Source: Utricularia gibba
Lineage: Eukaryota > Plantae > Magnoliophyta
Direction of reading: 5' to 3'
Length of the DNA: 64,000 nt
Assembly (NCBI GenBank): GCA_002189035.1
Contig: CM007992.1
Location: forward strand, 3,782,001 to 3,846,000
Both the position numbers and the translations under genes were made by a program. Under the pieces are notes generated by a model, which saw only the letters and a program-made list of their open reading frames with translations, was not told the DNA's origin and did not search any database. Position 1 is the first letter of the stretch; every line of letters starts with the position of its first letter. This document shows, piece by piece, positions 1 through 11,877 of the stretch.

Positions 1-942
1 TTTCTGGATCTGGTATGGCCGCTCTTGCAGGGTCTTGTTGGCGGATTAGAATCTAAAGATTGGTTGAAGGTGTGTGGATCTCTGAACGACGCTAGGCGAT
101 TCGCGCTCCATCACTCTGATTACCTTGAGCCAATTATGTAAGTTGTAGATCGTTCTCATTTTCTATTATCCTGTGCTGCTTTCAGCATTTAAGAAGGAAT
201 GCTGGTTTATGCAGGGAAAAGGTGATTCTAGCCATGGTGAAGGCAATCAAAAACCCTAGAAGTGCATTGTGCAAAACTTCTATCATGGCTGCTGCGGATA
301 TTTTCAAGGCTTTCGGTGAAAAGTTGCTTGAGACTGAATCTGATTCATTCAACCAACTAGTGAGTGTTTGACTCAAACCTTTTGGCTTAGTCCTCAAGAT
401 AGAGTAAGATTTTCGTGTTTTTGGCATGTAGTTGCTACAGCTGTTGCTGAAAGCTTCTCAAGACAAGAAATTTGTGTGTGAAGAAGCATCCAGGGCGTTA
501 GCAGCAATGGTGGAATCGATAGCTCCACTTTCTCTGCTTAAGTGCCTTGAACCATACGTTGCACACTCGAACCTGAGAGTCAGGGCAAAAGCTGCAATGT
601 CCATGTCCAACTGCGTGTCAAGACTGGTATGACGAAAATCCAAGCATCCTTTTTCAACTTGACTCCAGCTCAAGGCTTTACATTGATCCTGTCATTGTAA
701 ACACTCGACAGGATCTGAAAGGAATGGAACAGTTGGGGTTGGTTGAACTGATCAAAATGGCTGCAATTCTGATAAATGACAAGCTCCCGGAGGCAAGGGA
801 AGCGGGTAAATCCATTGCAGTTTCGGTGTATGAGGCCAGCACAGAGAACGAAGAAGAGAAACAGCAGTTTTGGCAAACCTTTTGCCACTCCAATTTGCCA
901 GCCATTCTTGCCCTGGCCATCGTTAAACTTGTTTCCTCCTAG
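1..942 (+). CDS. TOG/ARM(HEAT)-repeat protein (CLASP-N/TOGARAM-like), 5'-truncated by the window edge; 4 exons visible
   Basis: Exons read LESKDWLKVCGSLNDARRFALHHS / EKVILAMVKAIKNPRSALCKTSIMAAADIF / LLLKASQDKKFVCEEA...HSNLRVRAKAA / DKLPEAREAGKS, with GT-AG introns; stop at 940-942. Confidence 0.75.
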
Positions 943-2256
943 TCCCCAAGTATGGAACTGCGTGCCGTGCAGTTGTTACTGAGGACACCGTTATTATCCT
1001 GAGTCTACATTTTTTTTTTCAAAGTAAATCGATCCAAGCAAGGGGGGAGGGTGATGGCGCCAATACCTCCTTGCTTCAAACATCCTATTCAGCTTATAAT
1101 AAGAACAGGGCATGCATTCAGAACCATGCGCAAACGAATAATGCAGAAACTTTGATCAACAAAGCATCTTTTGCAGAAGCGTGAAGCGCATAAAAATCGT
1201 ATGGTAAAACTAGGGAACCATGAAAACGGATGCTTGTTTCACTGATAATTCTCATTATTTGTTGCAGCAAATGGTCACTGCAGGGGAAGGATTCAATCAA
1301 GGCATTTGAAAAGAATGATAATGAGGAGCCTTCTTGAGCTCAAGCTTGCCAGAAGAAGATGCAACACCGAAGAGCATTTTGATGAATGAAACTTCTGAAA
1401 AGCCGACCACATAATGCAAGGTACGACCAATAACTCTGAGCTTTATGGGATACTAGGAATCTTGATGAACTCTGATGATGCCAGTATACCTGAGGTAGAA
1501 GTGAAATGTATGATGTGGGAGGTTTCTGGAGCCCCCGATAATCGCGGGTCAATGGCATCTTGGATATCAAGATGAAATGTTAAAAGACCTAAGACTACAT
1601 ATGATGATTTCCTCTGGGGCTCGCATGAACAACAAGAACTCTGGTTTTCAAACACTATTCATGTAAAAAAAACACATCCATTATCATACTGAAAGTATCT
1701 CCTGATCAGCAATCTGAACTGTGGAATGCCGTTCTTTCAAGACACAACAGCAGGGAATGCAACTGAAATATAAAAAAACTTACATCGTTGAGTGGTGTAC
1801 TGTCCAAGCACAAGCTAACAAAAAATTTGTGAGAAGTTCCGTGCTATGAAGAGTAGTCAGGTTCACACCAGAATAATTTTGTTGCTGGGAAAACAAAGCC
1901 TGAACCAAACGAAGACACGAGATTGGATCAGGAGTACAATAAGATGATTCTCATGAATCTTTTAAACGCCATATTTACATCACATTGCAGCAATAGCAAG
2001 GATTTTCAGGATACACGGGTTACGCGGAAACAAGTCACCATAAATCGTGAGAATTATCATCTCTATTACAATATAATAAACAGAAGAGAGGGAGGTCGAA
2101 GAGTTAAAGATTGAAACAGACAATGGTCTCCAGATACAAGTGGAAAACCTAAACCTTGATCCTCCTCACCATATGTACAGCAGAATTGGATCACGTCGAC
2201 GCAGGGCTGAACACGATCTTGATCCTCCTCACCATATGTAAGTTACAGATTCACAA

Positions 2257-3434
2257 TCAGAAATCGAACCCGCCGCTACAGACATTGTCGGAAACAAGGT
2301 CGCCGAGCAACAGTCCCCCGAGGAGCCCAGCTCCCAGTCCCAGCCCCAAGTTGTTGCTTTTCTTAGTCGGTTTCGCCACTGGTGGCGGTGCGTATCCCGC
2401 TTGCGGCGGAGGAGGGTATCCGTACGCAGTCGTATGCTGTTGAGGACCGTAAACTCCGGCTGGCTGCGGCGGATACGCTGTCGCCGGTGGATATACTCCA
2501 ATTTTTCCAGGCCCTCCATGTGGATCTGCAGGTGGGTAATCTCCCGCTGGTTGCGGGGGGTACGCCGTTGCCGGCGGATATACTCCAGTTTTACCGGGAC
2601 CCTCGAATGAATTCTGAGGTGGGTAGACTCCTGGTGGTTGGGGCGGGTACGCCGTCACTGGAGGATATACTCCAGTATTTCCCGGCCCCCAATGTGGATC
2701 TGGAGGTGGGTAACCTCCGGCTAGTTGCGGGGGGTACGCTGTTGCCGGAGGATGTGCTCCAGTTTTTCCGGGGCCCTCGTATGAATTCGGAGGTGGGTAG
2801 ACTCCTGTTGGTTGCGAAGGGTTCACCGTCACTGGAGGATAAACTCCAATTCCCCGGGGTTACCGTATGCACCTAGAGGTGGATACGTTCCTGGTGGTGG
2901 ATAAAGTGAACTGGGACTGGCTTGGTACGCCATATTTGGCTGATTTTCATGTTTTCCAGTAGTAGAGAGCTCAGGAATGGCTGGTTCGTAAAGCGGAGCT
3001 GCGACGGGTTTTCCAATGAACCTGCAGGAAAACGAGATCTGGCCTTTGGATTGGCCGCCGGGCTTCCTCACCTGGTAACTGAGGAATACTTTCCCGTCGG
3101 ATTTGCCTTTCGTTTGAGATAATTCCTTCAAGGCAACGCGGACTTGACCCACTTCCTTATCCCCCAATGCCCGCTGGCAAAGGAGTTTGAAATTTAGCAT
3201 AAGACGATTCATTTGCAGCTCCGCGTCGTCAATAGTGAACTTCATCGGAAAATTCCAGGTTGGGTTGGCGTCTCCCTCGTGATCGACGGAGGTCTTGATT
3301 TTCTGACTGGCTGTTTTGTTCCCGCCGGTGATGGTAACCACCGCGTAAACATCCATCCTAGTCAGCAGGTTGACTTTGCTCAAATCCTTAGCAGATAGAA
3401 GAGTGATCTCCATAACCCGATGATTCATATCCAT
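2257..3434 (-). CDS. SRC2-like C2-domain protein with expanded Pro/Gly/Tyr repeat tail; apparent -1 frameshift at ~2850
   Basis: N-terminal C2 domain (MEITLLSAKDLSKVNLLTRMDVYAVV...NPTWNFPMKF...LSYQVRKPGGQSKGQISFS) and SRC2-type C-terminus (KKSNNLGLGLGAGLLGGLLLGDLVSD). ORFs 2829-3659 and 2257-2832 join if one A is added in GGGGAATTGG. Confidence 0.85.
2445..2847 (-). repeat. Coding tandem repeat, 87-bp (29-aa) unit arranged as a 174-bp higher-order dimer
   Basis: Units of the form GVYPPATAYPPQPA+GxYPPx(NSYE/DPHW/NSFE/DPHG)GPGKT; about 4.5 copies with alternating NS.E and DPH. variants. Confidence 0.85.
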
Positions 3435-3592
3435 CCCTTCTCCCCGGACAGATTCCAAGAAACCAAAGAAAAGCTCAATTTGCGAGTTCGCGGCGAGGAG
3501 CCGAGAAGGGGAGATGTAGAGTACCCAATATACATAGAAGCCGCTGTTGACGAGTCTGCCTGCCAGGTGCCAAGGAAGAGTCAGTCCAAGTA

Positions 3593-3605
3593 ACGTGGCC
3601 GCGTT
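3593..3605. promoter_or_regulatory. Overlapping ABRE (ACGTGGC) and CAMTA/RSRE-type (CCGCGTT) element ~160 bp upstream of the SRC2-like ATG
   Basis: Sequence ACGTGGCCGCGTT. The motifs are established, but function at this site is inferred. Confidence 0.4.
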
Positions 3606-5283
3606 GGCAACCTTCCGCGAGTCAAACCCTATGTTTGGAAAACAAAATATTAATAACATTTTTTTTCACGTAGTTTGACCACTTTTTTCACACATTAAAA
3701 TGAGATTGGCCACTTTTATATATCACCCTATTACTTCTGGGAACTGCTACTCTGCCCCCACATGGTGCTGGCCGTGTTTATTGCTCTCGTTCAGCTACTG
3801 CGTACGTTGCTGCTGGAGCCTCAAGCAGCAGTCAACTGGAAGGACCATTTCCCGATAGGCCTGGCCATCCAGAATACCATGAGTATTTAATGCAGGTATC
3901 ATCATCGACGACACACAGGCTGCACTGTGGACCAGCTTTGTACTTGGTCCAATGGGGATGGGGCGGCAAGCGTTGTAGTGTTTTATGCAGAAGCTTAGCC
4001 GTCTTGCTTGGATTGTTCTTCGGGCTGCGCTGAGGTATTCCTACTGTGTAAACAATGGTGCATGGAAAGTGGGGTCAGATCACTACCTAAGACAACTTCT
4101 TTAGGCCTGAAGGAGAAGAAAGCTTCGGCGAAGCTTGAGCGGCTGGGAGCGTGGCCCTCTCTTCCCAACAAACCTATTTTATCTCTTGCATCTCTGTAAC
4201 CTAAAACCATGTTTGTATCCACAGTCCTTACCTCCTCATAGTATTTTTCATGATAAGCAATTTAAAACGAAAAAAACCACAATGCAAGCTTTGGCTGCAA
4301 GGTAGGTTCTGCACACAATTGTAGTAACTGTACAATAAAAAGGGAAGCAAATTCAACAGTACTAAGTGCCAGAGCAAGCATATGTCATGAAGAAAAAAAG
4401 TGGAGCACAGATATTTGGTCTCCTGAACTAGGATATGGTAGAATACCAAATACATGAAACTTTTATGATTTATGATTTTAGCATTAATCATTTTACCATA
4501 GTGTTTTAGATGAACTCATCATCTATGTGAATTTTTCCCATCTGTTCACAAGTGGTTCACATTGCAAAAGATGTGTGCAAGTCAATTACTACAGTTGTTC
4601 TTTGTTATCATGAACTCATTCATTTCTGTCTAATTCAAATATGAGATTGCACCCCTTTTCAGACATCGTTTCAAGCAAGAGGAATCTTAAATACCTCAAA
4701 GATACCATACGTATGCATAACAACAATCAGCAAGATGTGCTGTTATTCATTCCCTTGATAATGTATACGTACCAAGGAGGGATGATGGAGTTGCACTCTG
4801 ACTGAGGGGTTGGCTATAATGCTGCTCGGAGACTTTTCACCAATTCCTTGGCAATTAAGTTGAATTCTTTCTCCATCTGAATGATTAAGATAGATAAACG
4901 GGTGGCTGAGTTTGATCTCTACAAAGACGACTGTCTGATCAGTGTTTTACTTTTAGTATTACCTCTGCGATGATGGTAACGTCGATGGCCAAGCTTCCAA
5001 AAGGGGTGACATTGGTGTTCATGACCACCAAATTGAGCATCTCTACTTTGCTGAGCAATTTCACCATGATCCCTTTTTGTTTCTCGCAATGAACTCTCAC
5101 GAGAATAAGATTGTGGCATACTCTGGCCTCGACCTCTGGAAGAGAGTGCTTCGATTCGCCCTCCTCCATGATCTGCGATTTTTTAACCAGAACTACTGAT
5201 TCCATCCTTTGTTTAGTTGTATGTTCTTTCAGCATCTTCACTTTCTCTTGAAGGTGCTTCAGATACTTGATCACATCCCCAAG

Positions 5284-5773
5284 TGTTGCGAATTTTGTGA
5301 CCAATTATCTTGTTAGCGCGATCAAATGAGCAAAACAGAAAACCAAGAACCCAGAAATTTTAACGTGGAAAACCAAAAGAGGTAAAAACCACAAGTGCTT
5401 GTCACACCAGACCGAAACCGCTTCACTAGTCACCAAGTTTCGTTTACAGGAGCAGAACCGCTTCAAGAAAACAGGCTCTACCGGCCAGATGTTATTCTTC
5501 CAGAAAATGGGATGTAGTCATCGCCTTCTCCATTCACAGATTGGAGGTATATCCAGGTGGTGGGCAATTCGATCGCCGATCAAGAATTCTCAGATGCTGA
5601 ACTCCTGCTGCCCTCCCCTGAGTTTCTACGACAAAAACTGCTATAAACAGTCACACTCTTGGAGCAGATTTATAGTTTCATTGTTTGGTCTTTAATGCTT
5701 AAACTTAAGCTGGATTTGGGCCAAGACAATTGATCTCCAGCTCATTTGGGCTTGTGGTACTGTCAGCCCAACA
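5284..5773 (-). repeat. 3' LTR (490 bp)
   Basis: On the + strand TGTTGCGAATT...CAGCCCAACA; about 95% identical to 10068-10559 by manual alignment. Confidence 0.95.
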
Positions 5774-5787
5774 ATTCCCTCCCTCCA
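5774..5787 (-). other. Polypurine tract
   Basis: Minus strand GGAGGGAGGGAAT immediately before the 3' LTR. Confidence 0.85.
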
Positions 5788-5789
5788 GC

Positions 5790-8700
5790 TTACGTTTGGT
5801 ATGAATTTCCAGCTTCCATCAGTCCCAACTTGCTCATATGAGACTGAAGTTTAGCGGAGGGCAGAAGTTTTGTAAGCACATATGCGATATTTTCATTGGT
5901 GTCGATCTTTTCCAAGTTGACATCTCCTGATGTAATGACGTTTCTGATCCAGTGCCATCTGACATCAATATGTTTAGTTCTGGAATGGAAGGTTGCGTTC
6001 TTGCTGAGTTGGATGGCACTTTGACAATCAGAGTATACTGCAGGCCTTTCTTTCTGGAGGCCAAACTCATCCATGATCCTTCCAAGCCATAGGGCTTCCT
6101 TCACACCCTCTGTTAAGGCCATATACTCAGCCTTGATTGTGGACAGAGCAACTGTTTTTTGCAGGCGTGAGCTTCATGTAACAGCAGCTCCAGCAACCAC
6201 ACTGACCATTCCTGTTGTTGATTTTCTTGAGTCAATATCTCCTGCCATATCAGCATCTATGTACACTTGAGGGCTGATGCTTCCTTTTCCATAGCTCAGT
6301 TTGTAGTCTCTTGTACCTTTAATGTAACACAACAGCCATTTTACACCTTCCCAATGTTGTTTTCCAGGATTCTCCATATACCTGCTTATCATACTTACAG
6401 CATATGCTATATCTGGTCGAGTGCAGACCATGAGATACATCAGTGATCCAACGCAGAGGAGTAAGGTAACTATTTCATTACCTCCCTTTCAACTTCAGTT
6501 TTGGGACACATAAGGGATGAGAGTTTCAGGTGTCCAGGGAGTGGTCCCAACACTGGTTTTGCTCCTTCCATCCGGAATTTCTTGAGGATAGAATCAATGT
6601 AATTACCCTGAGATAGGCTCAAGGTCATCTTGGCTCTGTCTATGGTGATTTCTATTCCTAAGATTTTCTTAGCCTTGCCCACATCTTTCATCTCAAAGAC
6701 AGTGGCCATTTCTTTCTTCAGCTCTTGAATTAGTGACATATTTGGACTGGCAATGAGCATATCATCTACGTACAAGAGCAGGAAGATGCATTCACCTTTT
6801 TCATTTTTCTTCCAGTAAGCACAGTGATCTCGTTCACACCTCTTGAATCTAGTGTTTTCCATGAAGGTGTTAAATTTCTGATACCACTGGCGAGGTGCCT
6901 GCTTTAGTCTATACAGACTTCTTCTAAGTCTGCACACGAGATCCTCTTTTCCATGTTCTGAAAAACCTTCAACTTGCCTCATATACAATTCTTCATCAAG
7001 GTCACCATGTAGGAACGCGGTTTTGATATCTAGCTGTTCAAGTTCCCAGTTCAGATGAGCTGTTAGAGACAATATGAGTCTTACCGTGTTCAACTTCACA
7101 ACTGGAGAGAAAATTTCTTCATGGTCTAAGCCCTTCTTCTGCCGGTACCCCTTTACAACTATCCTTGCTTTATATCTGGTACTACCGTCAGGATTGTGTT
7201 TCAGCTTGAATATCCATCGATTTTCTAAAGGAGCTTTTCCAGCAGGCAATTTTACAAGGTCATAGGTGCTGTTTTTCCTTAGAGACATTATTTCTTCCTG
7301 CATTGCCTCCATCCATTTCTCTCTTTCAGGTGAGTTTAGAGCTTCCCTTACTGTCTGCGGTTCTCCCTCTTTAGTTATTAAAGCAACATCAAGCAAGTCT
7401 TCTCTGCTCAGGTCATATTCTGTTTCAGGATATCTTGATGAGGGAACACGTTGTCTCAAAGATCTTCTCACATTAGGCACTTCCCTTTGATCTGAGTTCT
7501 CAACAAGTTGAGAAGTTAGTTTTGGTTCTGATGACCTACTTGGTGAACTAGAGCAGTCCAGCCTTTCTGAATTTTCAGGTGTTAATTTTACCTTCATTAC
7601 CTGATTCGTGTCATTTTGTCCTGGTATGTCAAGAATAGTTTCAGTTTCCAAAAATCTCACATCCCGGGACCGGATTAATTTTTGGTTGATGGGGTCCCAT
7701 AATCTATAACCCATCTGATCTCCTCCATAACCCAAAAATATACAGACTTGCGATCTTTCATCCAACTTGTGTCTGTGGTCCTTCAAGATATGAGCATAGG
7801 CCTTGCAGCCAAATACCCGCAAGTGATTATAGCTTGGTACCCTTCCCGTCCATACTTCTTGTGGAGATTTGAACTTTAGTGCTGTCTTAGGTGATCTGTT
7901 GGATAAGTAGCAGGCTGTATGCAAGGCCTCCCCCCAGAAATGTTTGGGGAGTTTTGCTGATTTCAGCATAGATCTCACTTTGTCAAGAAGGGTTCGATTG
8001 AACCTTTTAGCCACAGCATTGTGGGCGGGAGTACCAAGGATTGTGGCAACCTTTCTGATTCCCAAATGTACGCAGTATTCCTCAAACTCTTGAGAACAGT
8101 ATTCTCCTTAGTTATCGGATTTAAACTTCTTCAATCTTTTACCCATCTCTCTTTCAAGCCTAGGAAGCAATTCTTTGAAGCAGTCAAGTACATCACTCTT
8201 CCTTTCAATCAGATAGATCCATGCCTTCCTGGAAGAGTCATCTATGAAGGAGACATAGAAGCGCTTACCAGACCCTAAGGCCACATTGACAGGTCCTCCA
8301 ACGTCCGATAGCATCAAGTCTAGAATCTTTGTGCTTTTCTCTAGTCTGCTCGTAAAAGGTAATCTATGATGCTTTCCTATTATGCTGCTTTCACAAACCT
8401 TGTTTCCTGATTTTACCTTTTTGACAAGTCCCTGTTGCATTAGGTGTTTCAAGCCTGCGTCTGCAATATGACTAAGTCTTTTATGCCACAAGGTATAGTC
8501 TGAATCACTTCCACTCACCAGATTAAAACTTGATACATCATATTCAACAACTGTTTTATACAATGACAATGTTCCTTCCATTCACCGAGTCTTTTATGCC
8601 ACAAGATATAGTCTGAATCACTTCCAATCACCCCGTTAGCAATCTCCAATGACCCTTAGAAAATGTGCTGGTGAATCCAGCTTTGTCCAGGTTGTTCACC

Positions 8701-9898
8701 GACATGAGATTCATGCGTATATCAGGTACATGTCTCACATTTTCTAGCATGAGGACATGTCCACAATTCGTTTTTATCAGTAGCTCTCCCAATCCTACGA
8801 TTTTTGCTTCTGAGGAGTTTCCCATTTTTACAGATCCATGATCTCCTGCATGGTAGTTTATGCGATGGTCCTTTGAGGGGTTGCATGATAGCTGGCCGCT
8901 GAGTCGATGATCCACAATTCTTCCGGGGGAGCAATCCTAGATTCTGCAGTTAGCAGGACCAATAGTTCCTCTTGGTTTGAGTTTCCCAACATCCTTTGAT
9001 TGGAGCTATAGGCATGCTCGGTTAAAACCAGAATTTCTTCTTCAACTTCAGTGGTAAAGGCAGCATCCTCTCCTTTGAATTTGTTTTTATTGTTATCATC
9101 CTTGTCAGATTGTTGCGTGCACAGCCAATATCTGCATTGTCTCTTGAGATGCCCCAATTTTTTGCAATAAAAACAAGACCTGGTTTCCTTTTGTGCATCT
9201 TTCTTTGGTTCTGAGGGTTGGTCTCTACGATTCTGGCCCTTTTGTTTTGATTCCTTCTTGAACCTACCATGTCCTTTGTATCTGGTGTTTCCTTTGTGCT
9301 CTGTGACTGTTAGTGTTCCCTTGGAGGTTGATCCATTTGAGAGACGCCGTTGTTCTTCTTGCAGGAGAGCATTTGCCACTCTGTCAAACTCTAATTTGTC
9401 CAGGGAATTGTTGCTGAGAGTGATCACCATCGTCTCCCAACTTGGTGGTAGAGTGTCCAGGAGTTTGATAGCTTGTGTTTCATCATCAAAAGACATACCA
9501 GCAGCTATCATGCGATCTGCAATTTCTTGGAAATTACTGAGATGTTCAGCCATTGAACCTCCATCTTTGAACTTCAGGTTGGACAGCCTTTAATCCAGCA
9601 TTATTTTGTTTTGAGGGTTGTTTGGTTGATAAATTTCCTCCAATTTATTCCACAACAGCTGGGCGTCTTCAAACTTTGAGATCTTATGTTGAATGGTTCT
9701 CTCAACATGTAGTAGTATGTACGATGCTGCTTTCAGGTGTAAGTCATTCCAGTCATCAGCTTGAAGTTTTTCTGGTTTGGCTTTCCCCAACACTACAGGT
9801 TTCCAGAGATCCTTGCAAACAAGAAGAGCCTTCATTGTAGATTTCCATGTGGCATAGTTCTGGGAGTTCAGTTTAAGCACAGACATTGATTCTTCCAT
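5790..9898 (-). pseudogene. Copia gag-pol polyprotein broken into at least 7 ORF pieces
   Basis: Gag (LNSQNYATWK...LWNKLEEIY; zinc knuckle CFYCKKLGHLKRQC), protease (WIIDSAASYH), GAG-pre-integrase (LWHKRLSH), integrase (FIDDSSRK...W.KLPKHFWGEALHTACYL.NR), RT (QLDIKTAFLHG, YRLKQAPRQW, LLYVDDML), RNase H (DCQSAIQL...HSRTKHIDVR). Confidence 0.95.
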
Positions 9899-10053
9899 TT
9901 CCAGTTAAAGAGTCGTGGCCTTAATCAGACAAGACTTAGCATATCAGAAAGATTTAAGAAGACCAGCAGCCTATTTATGGCCAAGAAACTAAAGTATATG
10001 GTGGTAGAAAATAGCAACAAATCAGAATTTATCCCAAGAACTTGCAGCCTTCA

Positions 10054-10064
10054 CTCTGATACCA
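10054..10064 (-). other. Primer-binding site, tRNA-iMet type
   Basis: Minus strand TGGTATCAGAG, 3 nt after the 5' LTR. Confidence 0.9.
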
Positions 10065-10067
10065 GTT

Positions 10068-10559
10068 TGTTGCGAATTTTGTGACCAATTATCTTGTTAG
10101 CGCGATCAAATGAGCAAAACAGAAAACCAAGAACCCATAAATTTTAACGTGGAAAACCAAAAGAGGTAAAAACCACAAGTGCTTGTCACACCAGACCGAA
10201 ACCGCTTCACTAGTCACCAAGTTTCGTTTACAGGAGCAAAACATCTTCAAGAAAACAGGCTCTACCGGCCAGATGTTATTCTTCCAAAAAAATGGGATGT
10301 AGTCATCGCCTTCTCTGTTCACATATCGGAGGTATATCCAAGTGGTGGGGCAATTCGATCGCCAATCAAGAATTCTCAGCTGCTGAACTCCTGCTGCCCT
10401 CCCCTGAGTTTCTACGACAAAAACTACTGTAAACGGTAACACTCCTGGAACATATTTATAGTCTCATTGTTTGGTCTTTAATGCTTAAACTTAAGCTGGA
10501 TTTGAGTCAAGACAATTGATCTCCAGCTCATTTGGGCTTGTGGTATTGTCAGCCCAACA
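10068..10559 (-). repeat. 5' LTR (492 bp)
   Basis: TG...CA ends, adjacent PBS, and TSD at 10560-10564. Confidence 0.95.
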
Positions 10560-11877
10560 CCAAGAACAGACGTTTTGTCAAGTTGCCAAATCAACACACG
10601 GTCAATCCATTCTCCTGCCTGGAAATAACGATAATATGTTTTCTCTGAATGAATGCATCAATTTGATTTACTTTCTTGAGTCCGGGGACGATGGTGGATA
10701 GCGCCACAAATTTCTGACTGAGCTGCTCGCGCCTCTTTCTCTCGGCAATTATGTGATCATATATTTGCGATGGCGGCCTAACACGACTGCTCTTTTTACC
10801 CTTTCTCATTTTCAACTGCTCTTCATGGGAACCTGTGGGACTCATGACTTCTTAGACAGCTGCCTCTTCTACTAGATTCAGCTTCAGATTCTCTCCGTCT
10901 GCTTTACCAAAACTGAGAATCACGGGAGTCGATGCAGGATTTGGTGGCTTTGGATTTACAGTAGAGAAGCTGTTGGGTTTCAACTGTTTCGTCGGCCGCT
11001 CAGTTTCGAAGATTAATGAATCCTGGCAGGGAGAACTGCACATAGAAGTTACGGAAATGGTGCTGCAGATGTCGATCAGATTAGAGGATTCAGGGGACGA
11101 GTTCCCCGAGGAGAAACATGCCTCTAACTCCGGCCCAGCTGCGACTTCTTCGTCCATGAGGAAATCAAACTGCTGATCTATGAAGACGCAACCACCTAAC
11201 CCCTGATGTTCAAAAACGAATCATTTAGATGGGATTTCACGAAACAAAACTTTTTGTCAAGCCTGAACCAAACACAGTGAAGAAGAAAGAAGGTTACCAT
11301 TTCTGCGAGCCATGAAGCATCAGGGGAATCCATTGCAGTGGTGAAGTAGCTCGCTGCCCTGCATATGCATGTACCAGTAAATAGTAATGGATATTTATAT
11401 ACAGTAGTTATGATGTTTTTCTGAGGCCAGCAATGGAAGTGGGATTCGTCTAATCTCCACTACCCCTAGATTTTATGGACACCGTTGCTCCCCAGTACCG
11501 CCATCACAAAACTCATGGTAAAGAAAAACTTCAAGGGATGAAGACGAATCATGTCTGTGACTGTGTTCAAAACTCATCCAAGCGGCTTTCTTTTTTGTGC
11601 GGTGCATAATATAACCTCAGTTTTGGAAGCATGGGGCCATTGCTGTTCAAATTTCAAGACAATGCCGTTGTCTTGTCTAGCTTTGGGAATGCTTGACAGT
11701 CAAATCACGTTGAAGGGAAAGGACTGGCGTAAGTTCTTTTACAAAAAGAAACAGTCTTGCATCAAGTGTACTACAAAGAAGCATCAGAACATCAAGGAAC
11801 AAGCCAACCGACATAGACAAACAATGACAAGGGATGCAAAGCGGCACAGCCTGATGACGGATCCTATGTGAAACTGA

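Larger units (their letters stand above)
5284..10559 (-). mobile_element. Full-length Ty1/copia LTR retrotransposon (Tnt1/Tork-like by similarity), coding-defective
   Basis: Two ~490-bp LTRs with TG...CA ends, 5-bp TSD CCAAG (5279-5283, 10560-10564), PBS, PPT, and gag-PR-INT-RT-RNaseH order. Confidence 0.97.
4814..11333 (-). pseudogene. bHLH subgroup IVa (bHLH18/19/20/25-like) pseudogene interrupted by the copia element
   Basis: Exon 1 11333-11298 (MDSPDASWLAEM). Exon 2 ends at DHIIAERKRREQLSQKFVALSTIVPGLKK and has an in-frame TAA at 10852-10854. Exon 3 LDKTSVL[copia]GDVIKYLKHLQE...IIAE ends at 4963. Exon 4 MEKEFNLIAKELVKSLRAAL has its stop at 4814-4816. Confidence 0.9.

Noticed and set aside
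1000-2100. Exon-like segments with good splice signals (e.g. GTTTGGTTCAG at ~1890, GTAAGT at ~1783)
   Set aside because: No consistent reading frame or recognisable protein in any frame I translated; left uncalled.
2382-2876. Long + strand ORFs (164 aa and others) over the SRC2 repeat; regular repeats superficially array-like
   Set aside because: Antisense shadows of a GC-rich coding repeat. There are no unique spacers and no cas genes, so this is not CRISPR.
3435-3659. N-terminal extension of ORF 2829-3659
   Set aside because: Starts at a non-ATG codon and covers the promoter/5' UTR; C2-domain homology begins at 3434.
3760-4230. Several short ORFs and a small CTGCTG...CAGCAG hairpin
   Set aside because: No match to peptide or miRNA families I recall; the stem is too short for a pre-miRNA.
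5399-5695. ORFs within the LTRs (also 10089-10442, 10179-10439)
   Set aside because: Not conserved in frame between the two LTR copies; no homology.
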